Below are positions 12,051 to 25,137 of a stretch of DNA of 64,000 bases, piece by piece; the stretch's first letter is position 1, and each line of letters starts with the position of its first letter. This stretch comes from Podarcis pityusensis (lineage: Eukaryota). A program made the position numbers and the translations under genes. The notes beneath the pieces are model-generated. The model did no database searches. It saw nothing but the letters and a program-made list of their open reading frames with translations, and had not been told where the DNA came from. The stretch lies in NCBI GenBank assembly GCA_964106645.2, contig OZ067039.1. One strand, 5' to 3'.

Positions 12051-13270
12051 TTACGGCACATGTTTGATGTCTCCAGTGAAGAGGCTTCCTACTCAGTCTT
12101 GGCAAGGAGCTGCCGTGTTGCCTTGGCATGAGGAACTGGACCTTCCCTTGTCACATTTGCCAACAGAGGGATGGGGCTCCTACAGCTGGCCTGTAACTGA
12201 GAGGCTGCAAAATCTCTCTTGCCAGTGATGGGGTGGGGTGGTGGTGGTGGTGGAAGAGCCTAGAGGGAAAAGGCTGGATCTCCAGCAGCCCCTGTCAAAA
12301 ACTCAAGGTGATGAAGTCTGTGCTGGCAGAGCAACCAACCAGGGTGGAAATTAAATGGAATGGTCACAGTGAGCTCACCAACAAGGTGGGGTATCACAGC
12401 TGGTCTTATTAAATTGTTGCTATGACTTGGGAGGGTGCTGGCATGGGCATCCCCCCCTTGCAATGCCTACCAGAGAATGGACTTGGACTTATTTGCAGCT
12501 GTCAGGGTGGGTCTGCAGTGGGTTATTTACAGCAACAGGATGTGCTCATTTAGCATCTCTTCCCATCAAGGCAGCCCACCCATGCCTTGAGCTCAGCCAT
12601 CATTCCTCCCTGGTCTACCCAACAAGAGGGGACCATAGCACAGTTTTTGCAGTTTTTCCTGGCCGCAAAACCCAAGGTGTGGTTGGATTGCTGGTGGGTG
12701 GGTGGAAATGCCTTTTGGGTGCATGGCTGGACTGCATCAAGCTGGCAGAACTTGTGACTTACCAAGCCAAATGCAGATCACCCGGAGCTTGAGAAAATTC
12801 CTGGTTCTACTGCCAGGAGGTTGTTGAGCTGCTGGCAGGCTGCCATACATGGCTAAGTGGGGCTGCATTTGACTTGCTAGGTCCCAAGTTGTGCAGGCCT
12901 GGGCTAGATTGTCCCTTTCAGCTCCAGGGTTTGGTCAACCAACATCTCTCCAGCTAGTTTTTTAAAAAACAAATAGGTTGATTGCAATATGTCAATGGTC
13001 ATGCATGTGGAGTTTCAGGAAGCAGCCATTAGAAAGCAACCAGATTCCTGCCAGTCCTATTCATAGGGCTGCCTCCACACAAATTCTGCACAGATAGCCA
13101 ATGCTAACAAATGGGCCTGCACTGGAAACACTCTAGAAAGCACTCCTGTGGAAACAAATGTTGCCAGGCCCACAAACTGCTGAGCCTGAAAATGTTCTTC
13201 AGATCTCCCAGTCCAGTTTCCAGTAAAGAGAGGCAAGAGCCTCCAAAGCCATTACTTGAAACAGATTAGT

Positions 13271-13410
13271 CCAAAGGTGGGGAACCTGTGACCATCCAGT
13301 GGTTGCTGGTCTACGGCTCTCATCACTCCTGTCCACTGACCATGCTGGCTGGATCAGTTGAGAGTAGGAGTTCAAAAACATCCAGCAGGCTGCCGGTGCC
13401 CCATCCCTGT
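13271..13410. mobile_element. Degenerate palindromic hAT MITE (related copies at about 2200-2310, 8960-9087, 17025-17150, 23580-23700, 44885-45020)
   Basis: Shares the actacaactcccatcatc...gatgatgggagttgtagt core with 22379-22514. Confidence 0.65.
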
Positions 13411-14117
13411 TTCCATGCCATTCATCCAATAAAATCTACCACTTTGACTATTACAGTGCTTAATATACCAGTGCAGTAAACCTGACACAAATCCTGAGTG
13501 GATTCCCTAAAACGATTGAATAGCACCTTGTACACCTCTTTCTGGAAACACCAGCAGCCATGCTGGCACCAAACATATTGCCCTGCTTTCCTTTGGACCA
13601 CATCAGTGAGGCTGAGAGGGCGGTCCTGTCATCTGGACAGTCCAAGGACTCCATACACAGTCCAGGCTTGCACCATGGAAGGTCACTTTGGTTCTTCTAA
13701 TGCTGCTGTTTGACTTCACCCCTGGAGGTGCATTCCATTGTCTCTCGAGACAGACAGATGCCGACAGGAGAAAGACCTGTTTTATATATGCAGTGGGGTG
13801 TGGGACTCGGAGGAAATTTTATGCACCCATAGACTGCATGCAGAACATGTGTGATGAAGAATGTATGTGTGTTCAGTTCATGTACTGCCTGCCTGCCACA
13901 CATGCTTCCAGGATAGGTGTGTAAGCCAGAGACTCATTTTGCACTTCTCACCCACATGTAGTTCAACCATAAACTGGGAGCCTTATGAACTCATCCTTTG
14001 TCTTATTGTCAGCATAACATTTGCAAGTACAACTGCAAGGTTTGGGGCACTGGTGTATTATCCTCACATTACACATGAATTCATGGCTGAACTGAGATTT
14101 ATTTATTTCTATTTATT

Positions 14118-14345
14118 TAGGAACATAAGGTAAGCCTGCTGAATCAGACCAATAGCCCATTTACTTAAGAATCCTGTCCACCCAGGAGTCAACCAGATTC
14201 CTGTGAGAAGCCTGCAAGCCGGACATGAGTGCAACAGCACCCTGCAATTCCCAACAACTGCTGTTTGGAGGCATGCTGCCTCTGACAGTGGAGGCAGAAC
14301 ATTGCCGCCATCTAGTCCTCTTCTAAAGTCATCCATTTAAACCCA
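14118..14345 (-). mobile_element. CR1 3' end (other short tails at about 26570-26640, 31696-31820, 45232-45330, 48040-48195)
   Basis: taggaacataagg...gctgaatcagaccaatagcccat. Confidence 0.75.
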
Positions 14346-14796
14346 TCACTGCCTCCTGCATCTCACATTTATTCCTTCATGGAACCCAAAGTAGCAGGTG
14401 CAGGTGATTCCCAGGTGGTCTCCTGTCTAGGCACTGACCAAACCCAGACTTGTGTAGCCTCAAGTGCCTTAAGACCACACCCTGGGACTAGAGATTCCCC
14501 ATTCACTGATCTTCTTAGATCAAGCGGACTTCTGCAACACTTGGGACATACCTCGCAACAAAGGATGCTTGAGAAGCATGCCTTAGGGTGACATTAAAAC
14601 TGTCCTTCCAAGTGCTTGTCTATCTGCACAGCTGCCACGGCTTCCTCCAGAGCCCTCCCATGTTTGAGAATATCCTTCCCAGGGCCTGGACTCCAAATTT
14701 AGATGTGCTGTTCCAGCCTGCTTGACCCATGCTGACTAAGTGGAATAATTTTGCATTATGGAGAATGAGTATGGCTTGACTACATCCCCCAAATGA

Positions 14797-14798
<2 letters not shown>

Positions 14799-14839
<41 letters not shown>
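14799..14839. repeat. (CT)n microsatellite
   Basis: Seen directly. Confidence 0.99.
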
Positions 14840-14842
<3 letters not shown>

Positions 14843-15489
14843 AAGCACATGACATTGCTGGTCTGCATTTATCTGGTGATTCATTTCCATCCCCAGATTA
14901 TTAGGACAGATGAATCATCCTCCCATGAAGCTGGAGAAGCAGCTAAGAATTCTGCCTTTTGGGCTGCAGCCTCCATAGACAGGCAGGCACTGAACTTATA
15001 TGTGCTCTCCCCACATGTCTGCTAAATATGGCATTCTGGTTACTGGGGGTGGGTGAGCAGGACAGGAAGTGGCATGTGGGATCAGACAAATGCATTCCAA
15101 CCAATGTGGTCCCTTCGGAGGAAAAAAGTAGGAAACACAGCAGCAGGCACTCAGTCACTCCTTCTAAACCTTGAGTAATTATAGGATCCCTTCAAATACT
15201 CTGACACAGGAAGGCTTGTTTAATGTCTTTCATATCTGACGGTGCAACTCTGGATGCCCCTTTCTGCCTACAATCTCTTATACAGTCATCTTGCAGGATT
15301 AGACAGCTAAGCAAGAAGCTATGTCTTTCCATACATGGTAAGAAACTCTGCATTTTTCTGTATAATATAGAAGACAAGGCTACATGGCCTGCTCAGGCTC
15401 CAATGTGTGTTATATAGCAGTAGTGTGATATAGTGGTGTGCTATGCAGCTGATTACAGGGAGAACAGAAACTCCTTGTTATCACTCCCC

Positions 15490-16256
15490 AGGCCATTTCT
15501 GAGAATGATTCAAAGAGCTGCTTATGACCTACAAAGCCTATACAGCTTGGGTCCAGGCTATTGGATGGACTACATCTCCCTATATGAGCCTGCCCAGGCT
15601 TTGGGACCTTCCGGGAACACTTTTCTCTTGGTCCTGCCACCTTCACAGGGATGTTTGGTGAGGCCATGAGAGAGGGTCTTCTTGGTGGCTGCTCCTGGAT
15701 TGTGGAACTCCCTCCCACAGGAGGCTAAGCTGGTACCCTCTCTGTTTTCCTTTTACTGGCAAGCAAAGACTTTTCTGTCCTGACAGACTTTTGAGGCGGG
15801 GTCTTCTGAGGCTGCATGTTATGCTTTTAGATGTGTCCAGTACTGCCTTTAATGGAGTTACTTTTTAATATGTATAGTGTGTGTTAGTTGTATCTGTCTA
15901 AGGGCTTATTCACACTTGCATTTCCTCTATACTTTCCAAACACTTTAAAGCTCTGTGTCAGAACACACTCTCTCCCTTTGCCCCGGAGCTCTCCCCACAA
16001 AAACCCACTCTTTAAAGCTGAACTGGAGCAAACAGCAATCCACAGAAAACCCGAGCTGCGATTTAAAGAGTGGCTTTTCACAGAGAAAGCTCTTGGACAA
16101 AAAGAGAATGTGCTTGGACTTGGAGTTTTAAAGCACAGACCTGTGCCTGGAAAGAGCAGGACAAAAACTAAGTGTGGATAACCCCTTAATTTATGCTGTG
16201 AGATGGCTTGGGTGTTGCAGTGGGAGAATGGCAGGATATTAAAAAATAAATAAATA
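15490..16256 (+). mobile_element. L2 LINE 3' fragment (interrupted by the MITE at 15901-16186)
   Basis: Decayed ORF2 end ...YSLGPGY...RVFLVAAPGLWNSLPQE...; (AAAT)n tail. Confidence 0.85.
15901..16186. mobile_element. Palindromic PIF/Harbinger-like MITE inserted in an L2 3' UTR
   Basis: TIR gggcttattcacactt / aagtgtggataacccc, TWA-like flanks, internal symmetry (ccactctttaaa...tttaaagagtgg). Confidence 0.75.
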
Positions 16257-18197
16257 GCAGTGTGCCAGGAATGTACCCTATTCCAAGTACCTCCAAGCAA
16301 AGGCAAAGTTGTGGGGAAGTCCTTATAAAGCTATTCTTTCTTTTCAGTATGTTTTCTTTCAATTTGAGAATGGGAGATGCTTGAAGGTATAAATTTTGTG
16401 TGTGTGTGTAAGAGTGATTTGCTATATTCTGTCTACATGCTTTGGATGCAGCTAACCTCTTGCAAAACTCACAGGAGAGTTCAGATTTTTTTTTTTAAAA
16501 AACCTAAAAATTAAAAATGTATCTTTCTGCGCAGATAAACATTTGCATACAAGTTTCATTAACTTTCAGCCCAGCCAGCCACCATCTTTAGCTGCTGACA
16601 TGGAAAGCTTTTTCTTGGATGGGGTGTGGGGACAGGAAGAAAAGCAAAATCCAATTAAAGGCTCAAAACTTCGGTTTGGACAGACCTTGTCTTTCATGCT
16701 CAGAAGTCCTTTCCAAAGCAACAAGGGCAGTGCTCGCAACAGAGAGACAAATAAAGCATCCATTATGCAGGCAGCCAAGCTCAGACAGCTTTGGATATTC
16801 TGAGCAGCTTCAGAAATGCAGGAAGTGTAAGGGAATCCCAGGCTGGATGCTGGGATTATCCACAGTGTACAGACAATGAACACAGCATTTCCAAGGAATG
16901 CAGTGTTCTCATTGGTCCAAGCACCATGCACCACACATGACATACACAGTATCTGCACTTATGAAACTTCCTTAGAGCAGGTCAGACAATTGGTTCAACT
17001 AGCCCAGCATTGCCTACTACATGGTTAGTCCCCTCCTGGTGTTGTTAGACTACAGTTCCCTTCATCTCTGACCACTGACCACACTGGCTATGGATGATGG
17101 GAATCTGAAGCCCAATAAAATATTGAGGATGCCATGTTGGCTACCTTTGGGCTACTTTGAAAGGCAGAGGTCTTACAGGTGTTTTTAGGGTAGCGTGACA
17201 GATGCGGCTGCATTGGGTGCAGGAGGTGCCACAACAATGCTGTAGAACGGAGCATGAGAGATTGGGGGGGGGACGGCCACCAAATTTTAGTGTCGCACAG
17301 AGCGCTGCTGAAATTTGAGAGCCCGAAGTCTGCTACTGCATGCTGCCTGCGGTATTTTAATTGGTACACCAATGATCAAACAAAACTCTAGTAGGATAAC
17401 TGGCACATATTTTCTGGTATATTTTCTTACTTTCTTAAGATTTTTGTGGCAAGCCATCAGTCAGGAGCACAGAGATCACCCATGTGGAATGCATTAACTA
17501 TTGATAACCAATATAATAAAGTGCTAAGATCCAGTAGCAGATGCCCCATTATTAGGCAATTTAAATTTTCAAAGTTTTCCCAGGTGATTAGTCTGCCCGC
17601 CTCCCCCAAAATAATGAGCTGAATTTGAGGGGAGGGGGAATAAAAGACCTGTTGTCTAGCACCCCGGAATATTTTTAATGATAACATTGTAAAGAAACAT
17701 ATTGTAAGGGGAGCTGCCATCTCTGGGAGTTTACGGGCATATATTCGTTTGTTATATTCAGAGTTTTAGTTTCTGGAGTTTTGGTCTGCAACTTTCATTA
17801 AGAATAGTTCCCCTCTGGCTGAACTGCTGTTGAGAAGAAAACCCATGGAATATCCTGCCTGAGCCTATTACTGTACTTCCTAGGAACTTGGATGGATGCT
17901 TTTAAAACTATAAACTTTTTAAAATCTATTCTGCATACTAAACTCTGCTTCCACATACCTCCTACACCACACATTATCTCCCAAGGAACATTTTTAATCA
18001 CCAATTACTGACTACCTATAAGAATGGCTATCCATCAAAGCTACAGAGTGACTGAAGGTTATCTCGCTAGCTCCAGGCCTTTCTGTTATGCAAGGCCCTT
18101 CATGCACACTGAGACATGCTGCTTGAAGGAGCAGAAAAGAAGGAATTTGCTTTGAGATGAGAAAAAAATATTTAATAACAAGACAGCTGTGTTTTGT

Positions 18198-18537
18198 AGT
18201 GCCTTTCCCCAATCTGGTGCCCTCCAGGTGCTGTTGACCTCCAATTACCATCAGCCCCAGCCAACATGGCCAATGGTCAGGGATGCTGGGAGCCAGAGCC
18301 GGCACACCCACGAGGCAAAGTAAGGTGACCGCCTCAGGCGGCAGGATCCACAGGGGCAGCAGATCCCAAAGAAGAGCTTTATGCCTTGCTTGTTCCTGAT
18401 GTAGATCTTTACTTACCGCTTCTTCCCTGATGTGGGGGGGGGGGGGAGCACCATTTTGTCATTTTCCCTCAGGTGCCAAAATGGCTTGGGAGCTATAGTT
18501 ACACCATATCTGGAGGGACACAGGCTCTGCCACCCTG
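18198..18537. mobile_element. Old palindromic hAT MITE interrupted by a second element (about 18294-18486)
   Basis: Host arms continue on either side of the insert, which starts cagagccggc and is flanked by a duplicated tgggagc. Confidence 0.7.
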
Positions 18538-20865
18538 TGTTTTAAAGGATATATTAACCTATCCCTGCATTAAAAGATATACACCTTGAGGGTACCTCAA
18601 GATATATCTCAAGGTTGTGGGAGACTGGTCTACATAGTGGCTGTTTCTCATATACACACTGCAACCTGTCTTTGTCTCTGTCTCACACACAAGCTGCTCA
18701 CTTCAAATTGAAAATATTTTTTAAACAAACATAAAACTTTGCTATGATAACCTAAATATACAACAGCAGAAACACTTGATTCAGAAAAGGGAAGACCTCA
18801 TGAAGAATTTTTTTTAACATTGCTCTGTACCCAAACACTCCTCTCTGGACCCAGTTCCAGCAGTCCTGAGACAGGAAGGAAAAGTCTCGACTTATACTCC
18901 ATGAATAGCTCTGGTCTGAGGACAAATTTAGATGTGGGTACATTATTATGTGGCTAAGTTACAATTAGGGTTTCTGGAAAGCACTGCAGAGTAGCTGAAA
19001 GATCTTGTCTTTACAACCCCAACTCGGGCATGGCCAGAGAGCTCCTGCTCTCTCTACTTCTACCTCCTTCCCTTCTGGACACAGTTATTTATATATCTAT
19101 GAAGGCAAGTTATAGGGTCACGGGGAGGAACAGAAGGGGAATTCAACTTGGACATCAATAGGCCCATGGACATTTTGCAAAAAAAGAAAAACAACCTAAC
19201 CACCAAAAATGAGTCTCAGAAGTCAAATGTTTCTTGGTACATGAGAAAGAATGGGTGGAGGTTATGATGTTCAAAATGCCATAAGAAGAGGACCAAATAA
19301 TATTTTTGTAATTGATTGTCTTGTAACTTTTTCAGGGTTGGCCAGCGTACAAAACACAGTTCCTCACAGCCAGCACTCTTTGCAAGGACTCAGCTGGTGC
19401 TAGCATCAGAAGCCTGCTACTGACCTTCCAGAGGACCACTCTCTAATTTCCACTCGCCCATGGTATAAGGTAGAAATTCAAAGACATTCCTGACCTGGCC
19501 TTTTCTCCTACAAGACGCATATATGCACAGGGAGAGACATACAGTGAAACACACCTATTCCCTAAAAGGACCACCAGATGAACCTTCACAAACACGACAC
19601 TAGCAGTTTTCTCTTGGTAGTTTGAACCAAGAGTCATTCTCTTCATACTGGACCCTACACATGCACCCACAGTCCCACACACAGAGAGGAGCATTGCAGT
19701 GCTAGCAGAATATGTAAAGGGGGGGGAAGCTGAGCTGCTTCTCCCTCACCCCATCCCCCACATACTTCAGTTCTCACAACAGCAAAGCGTCATCACCACG
19801 GTACCTTTCAACACCTTTGCTGCAAACAGTTCACCTCTGCTCGCCTGGTTGCTGAAGCTCCTTATGGAGTAAATCTCTGTCTAGTCTTGTGCAGTTAGTT
19901 TGCTGCCTTCCCAGCACGGTCTACTGTTACTCTCAAGGCTATTACATTCCATGTAGATACATATTGGTTGGCATTAACAGATAATGAGTGTGTTTTATCT
20001 CTCTGTTGGTGTATTGTGTTTGAGCAAAGGGTAATCTGGAATGACACCAAAAAAAGTAATCAAACATAACTAAATCCCATTGTGCTTTGTTTTGTGAACA
20101 ACTATCCATCCTTTCATAGTTATAAAACTGAGGCCAGGAATCTGTTTTTGATATCAAAACTGGAGCTTGCACCCTTATCTTTTCACACACAAATCTACTC
20201 CTGTTTCCTACCACCACCAAACTTTCTTAATTTCAGGCTGCAAACCTAACCTCAATCATATGTGAGGAAGCCCCACTAAATTCAACAGTTTTGAGTAGAC
20301 ATGTTTAGGATCGCACTATAAATTTGAAGGGGAAAACACTTTTTGTTCCCACTATAACTGATGGGAGTCAGTCTCAGACACCTTTGCTGATCTACTGCAC
20401 ATCTACCTAGTAGACCCAGACCTATCCTTTGTCCACCCTGGTCTAGTTGAAAGACAGCCATGAGACAACCCTCTTTAATATCTCATAGACGGAAAATCTG
20501 TGGTATAGTAGAGCATAGTGTAACCTGGATCTGTTGAATCTCAGCTGCTGGGCACAATGCTGGCATGCATTTACTCTGATTGCACTTGCAAAATGAGGTC
20601 AGGGTTCTTGCACTGTGCCCTGCACAGAAATACATAATGATAAGAAATGCCTGCTGCCTGCTTTAAGGATTGCTCCCCCATAGCTCCAAAAAACCCTAAC
20701 CAAATAAACAAAAATGCCAGTTGAAGCATCACAAGACAAAGCAAAGACAAATTATTCATCTATCAAGCTTGGGAGCTGGCTAAAAAGAAGGGAGAGTTAT
20801 AGCAGGACCTCAAGATTCAATAGCACCACCGTACAACAAGAGACTATAACTCCATACTAATGTCT

Positions 20866-21065
20866 GGGACTGTAGCTCAAAGTACAGCACACATTTTTAC
20901 ACACAGGAAGTCTCAGGGTTGATTCTGGACTTTTCCATTTAAAAAAAAACCAGGCAGCAGATGATGTGAAAACACCTCTCTACCTACGATTCTGGAGACC
21001 CAAAGGGTCAGAACAATACTGGGAAAGATGGACAAATAGTGAGACCTGATCTAAGCAGCTTCCTA
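20866..21065 (+). mobile_element. Squam3-type SINE
   Basis: gggactgtagctcaa head; taagcagcttccta tail. Confidence 0.7.
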
Positions 21066-22378
21066 CGGGTTATATCTAATGCTGTCTGTACACAAGTGGA
21101 ACAACCTTCCACTCATGCAACAGGATTTCATGTCCCTGCAGCCCTTCACATACCCTCAAAAACTGCTCCAGAGGATTGGCAGACTTTCTGGAGCAAAGAT
21201 GGAGCAAAGCTCCATGGGAGAGGAGAAGTATGGTAGCATAAACCGAAGTCCATTTGCACTCTCTGGAATCCACCCTTTGCTCTAAAGGCTGCAATCCTGA
21301 ACACACTGACTAGGGAGTGAGCCTCACTGAACAAAGTATGACGTCCTTTAAAGTAAAAACTACAGATTGCTCAGGAAGGAAGAGGAAATCTAGATGAAAG
21401 GAGACCCATTCAGATCCAAAGCGGGAACTAGGGATGAGCAAACCTCTTCAGGCTGGTTCTTTCTGTTTCTCATTTTTCCAATTGCATGTTCCCTTCTCCA
21501 CAGTTCTGCAGCAATTTGTGATTTAAACAAAAACAAAAGACCTCATGAGATTGTGTCTGCATTTTAGTGCAAACATCTCCTAACATACACATTTTTGTGT
21601 GGAATTTTGAACTTATCTCCCACCCTTGGTTGGGCCAATCCTTTCCTGATAAACAATGCAGCTACCGGTGCCCAAGTAGGACATACCCATCTTCTAAAGT
21701 CCCTTTTAAATCATCTCCAGCTGCATGTGCATATGAGCAAGCTCTCTGACAGAGTGGCAAATGCAGCTGGGGTGACTCGCCTGGCAAGCAGGACAAATGG
21801 GGACAGAGACAGCCACAAGAAAGCCCAGTGATCTCATCTAGGGAGGCAGAAAAGCAGGTGGGCAATGTCAGCCAGCATGTAGCTAACCAGCTCCTTGGCC
21901 GCTGTGGGGGAGAGAGGGAGAAAGCACAAACGGAAAATGCTGCCTGCCTTGGAAATTCCTGGGCCAATGTTAGATCCAAAGCATCCCTTGTGTGAGGTAA
22001 GTTTCAATGGAAGAGATTATTTGTAGAGTGCCTGCAGATTTACACCAGGTTGTGAGATGCCTTCTGTGTCCAGCCCTCCAGCTGGGCTAGAACGGAAAGG
22101 AGTATCCACCAATAGATTTGGAGGGCTTTGCAAAGCAGAAAATTAACTGGAATGCTTTAAGTTCATTGGCTTCTCTTGAATATTTTAATTTTAAGCAAGT
22201 TCCAAATGGTGAGTAGATTTCCTATGCTAACAGCTGCCAAGTGTTCATTATCACTGCATGATATCTCTCAAATGCTGACAGAGGGTAAATACAAGATAGA
22301 TGTTGTCAAACGCTATCAGGTGATGTCATTCATCCTCTGGCAAGAGGCTATTGTAGCCCCATCATCTATCTCATAAAG

Positions 22379-22514
22379 CAGGCATGGCCAAACTTAGCCC
22401 TCCAGCTGTTTTGGGACTAAGATTCCCATCATCCCTGACCACTGGTCCCGTTAGCTAGGGATGATGGGAGTTGTAGTCCCAAAACAGCTGGAGGGCCAAG
22501 TTTGGCCATGCCTG
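22379..22514. mobile_element. 136-bp palindromic hAT MITE, young copy A
   Basis: Near-perfect hairpin caggcatggccaaact...agtttggccatgcctg; perfect TSD tcataaag. Confidence 0.93.
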
Positions 22515-24669
22515 TCATAAAGGTAAGTTGGCAATGTACATTTATTGACTCACTAGTTAAAACACTGGAAAGTGCACCTCAGGCCCCCCCTCCCCCCTGG
22601 ATATTTAAGGTAAGAGTCTCTCTGGAGAGACTAACAATTGCAATTTTTACTTACAACATGCACATATACACTTTATGTAATAATATGCAAATGCAACAAC
22701 AAAATAATTATATTCTTCGATTGACAGGTAGGCTGCCCCAGCCACCTGTCCAAGTTGGTTCCCAGGATCATATGTTCCTACAGAGCCATATACTCACTAG
22801 GTTTTGGGAAAAGGTGCTAGACAATATAAATATGATTACGCAGAAAAACTTAAAATTTTCAGAGGTGTAACAGGAAACTGTGGCTTAAACTAACAAGAAT
22901 GGAAGCCCCAAAGCCAGCATGCAGGGAAACGGGGGAGGCATTGTGTGGGCGGGCCAAACATCAGTTCTTGGCCTAATAAACTGGAAGGAATTAAACTAAG
23001 TTTCTGATCCAGGCAGTTGGAAGGAAAGGCGAGTTATTCTTTGTACAACACATCTTCAAAGTGATCACTATAATTTGTGGAGATCCATGTGTAAGAAGTA
23101 GGGCTATTGAAAAATTAAGGAGTTTTTGATAGATAGTAATCTGCCTTTGAAATTATATATTTAAATGAAACCAGTTTGTATTTTAACAAAACATCAATAC
23201 AGGTACATTTTTTGAGGTAGTGAAATACGTATGTGATATCTAAGAATTCAGTAAAGAAAGATATCATTCATAGTTCATAAGCAAGGCAGGCTTTAATATT
23301 TTGCTTTTTTTCAGCCATGAAAAATAAATAGGGAGGATTCAACATCGTGGTAAAGCAATCATTCCATCAGGCCAAGCATTTCAGCTTGCCAGATGGAGTG
23401 ATACACCCTGCCCCATGCACTGTTACTGGGAGCTCTCCCGGCCCACCCAGAATCAATTTCTGAGGCCATGGAGGGAGGAAAGGGAGGGGAGACCCATTGA
23501 GCAAGCAGAAACCCTTGCACAGCACTTCTGCTGATGGGACTCATTAGTTGAATCCCACTTTTGTCACTAACATCAACATCAGGGGTCACCAACATGGTGT
23601 CCCATCAGTTGATGTTGTGCTACAGCTCCCATCAGCTCCAGCCAGCATGGTCAATGGTGAGGCATGAAGGGAGCTGTAGTCAACAACATCTGGAGGGAAT
23701 CAATAAATGCTGAATTTATCTAGTACAGGCAGAAACAAACTAGTTAATCATCAGGTCAACATCTAGCTGAAGATCATCTTGAATGGTACACTATTCTACC
23801 AATGAACTAGGCCCCTTTGGAATTTCCACTGAATGTGTGAGGAGCAAGAGGAAGCTCAGTCTATCTAGAGTAAAAAAGGGACTGCAAACTTCAACGGTTC
23901 TAGATTTATCCACTGCCCATAAAACAACATTATGTCAGGAATGGCTGTTACATTACAATCTGCTTCTCATGCAAAGACTATGATGAACCCCACGTGCGGC
24001 AACATTCTGTCAAAGAAGTCAGTGTTGCTTTTCAAAAAATAAGAGAACCACCTGCAGCTTGAATCCATCCAAATGATGTAGTCAGTGGGTATCCATGGGG
24101 CATGTTATTCAATGATGCAATGCCCTGTCTGTGCCAGGCTGCCTCTTTTCCAAAGACATGGGCATTACTCACAATGCATCAAGCAAAAATAATAATAAAA
24201 AGTACACAAATAAGAATTGCAATTGAAATGAGCTTGAAAACAACAACAAATCAGCCAATCAGCCAATGGATCAGTGTGTTTGATGGATAGGGTTCTGCCT
24301 TGTGTCTTCCAGTTCAGGAGGCTGTGCACATTTTCTGCTATGAAGATTGATACTTAAGCCCATGTTTCTGTATTCCATTTTTCTGCTCCTTTAAGAGAGC
24401 TGGCCATATTATTTTTCTATAGAGAAGGCTTGATGGGGGGGGTGTCGCATGGTGGGGAAAATTTGTCAAGATGTTCTTTGGCAAGAGAGAGGGTGAAGAG
24501 GGAAGGGAGCCTTAACTCTTAAGAGGTTTTCAAAATGTGCTATTTTCTTTTGCTTTGGAAGGGCATCTTTTTGTTTTTGTTTTGATTTTTTGTTTTGCAT
24601 TTTTTTTTCCAGGTTCATCATTTGTCATCTATCCATATACTTATACACATACTTCATTATACACCATCA

Positions 24670-25137
24670 GGCACCCGGCAAAAACATTCCCTTTTAACCT
24701 TTGGTTGATTTGATTGACATCCTATGCCCTTTTAAAATGTGGTTATTTGGGGGGGGTTGTTAGTGGGTTGTTGTTTTTTATTTTGATGATATGTATTGTG
24801 GTTTTATATTTTGATTTTGTTCTGTGAACCACCCTGAGACCTCCAGGTATAAAGGTAAAGGGACTCCTGACCATCCAGTCGTGACCGACTCTGGGGTTGC
24901 GGTGCTCATCTCGCTTTATTGGCTGAGGGAGCCGGCGTACAGCTTCTGGGTCATTTGGCTACCATGACTAAGCCGCTTCTGGTGAACCAGAGCAGCGCAT
25001 GGAAACACTGTTTATCTTCCCACCTGAGCGGTACCTACTTATCTGCTTGCACTAGACATGCTTTCGAACTGCTAGGTTGGCACCTCCAGGTATAGGGCAG
25101 TATATAAATGTAAATAAAGAATCAAATCAATAAATAA
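24670..25137 (+). mobile_element. L2 3' UTR (host of the Sauria SINE); a second L2 tail follows at about 25155-25220
   Basis: tgtgaaccaccctgagacctcc...tatagggcagtatataaat...aataaataa. Confidence 0.75.
24852..25081 (-). mobile_element. Sauria SINE (Squam1), 5'-truncated
   Basis: (ACCTTT)n tail and typical body; perfect 13-bp TSD acctccaggtata; sits inside an L2 3' end. Confidence 0.92.

Noticed and set aside
17712-17728. CTCF-like gctgccatctctggga
   Set aside because: Matches only half of the core, with three mismatches in the CCASY part.
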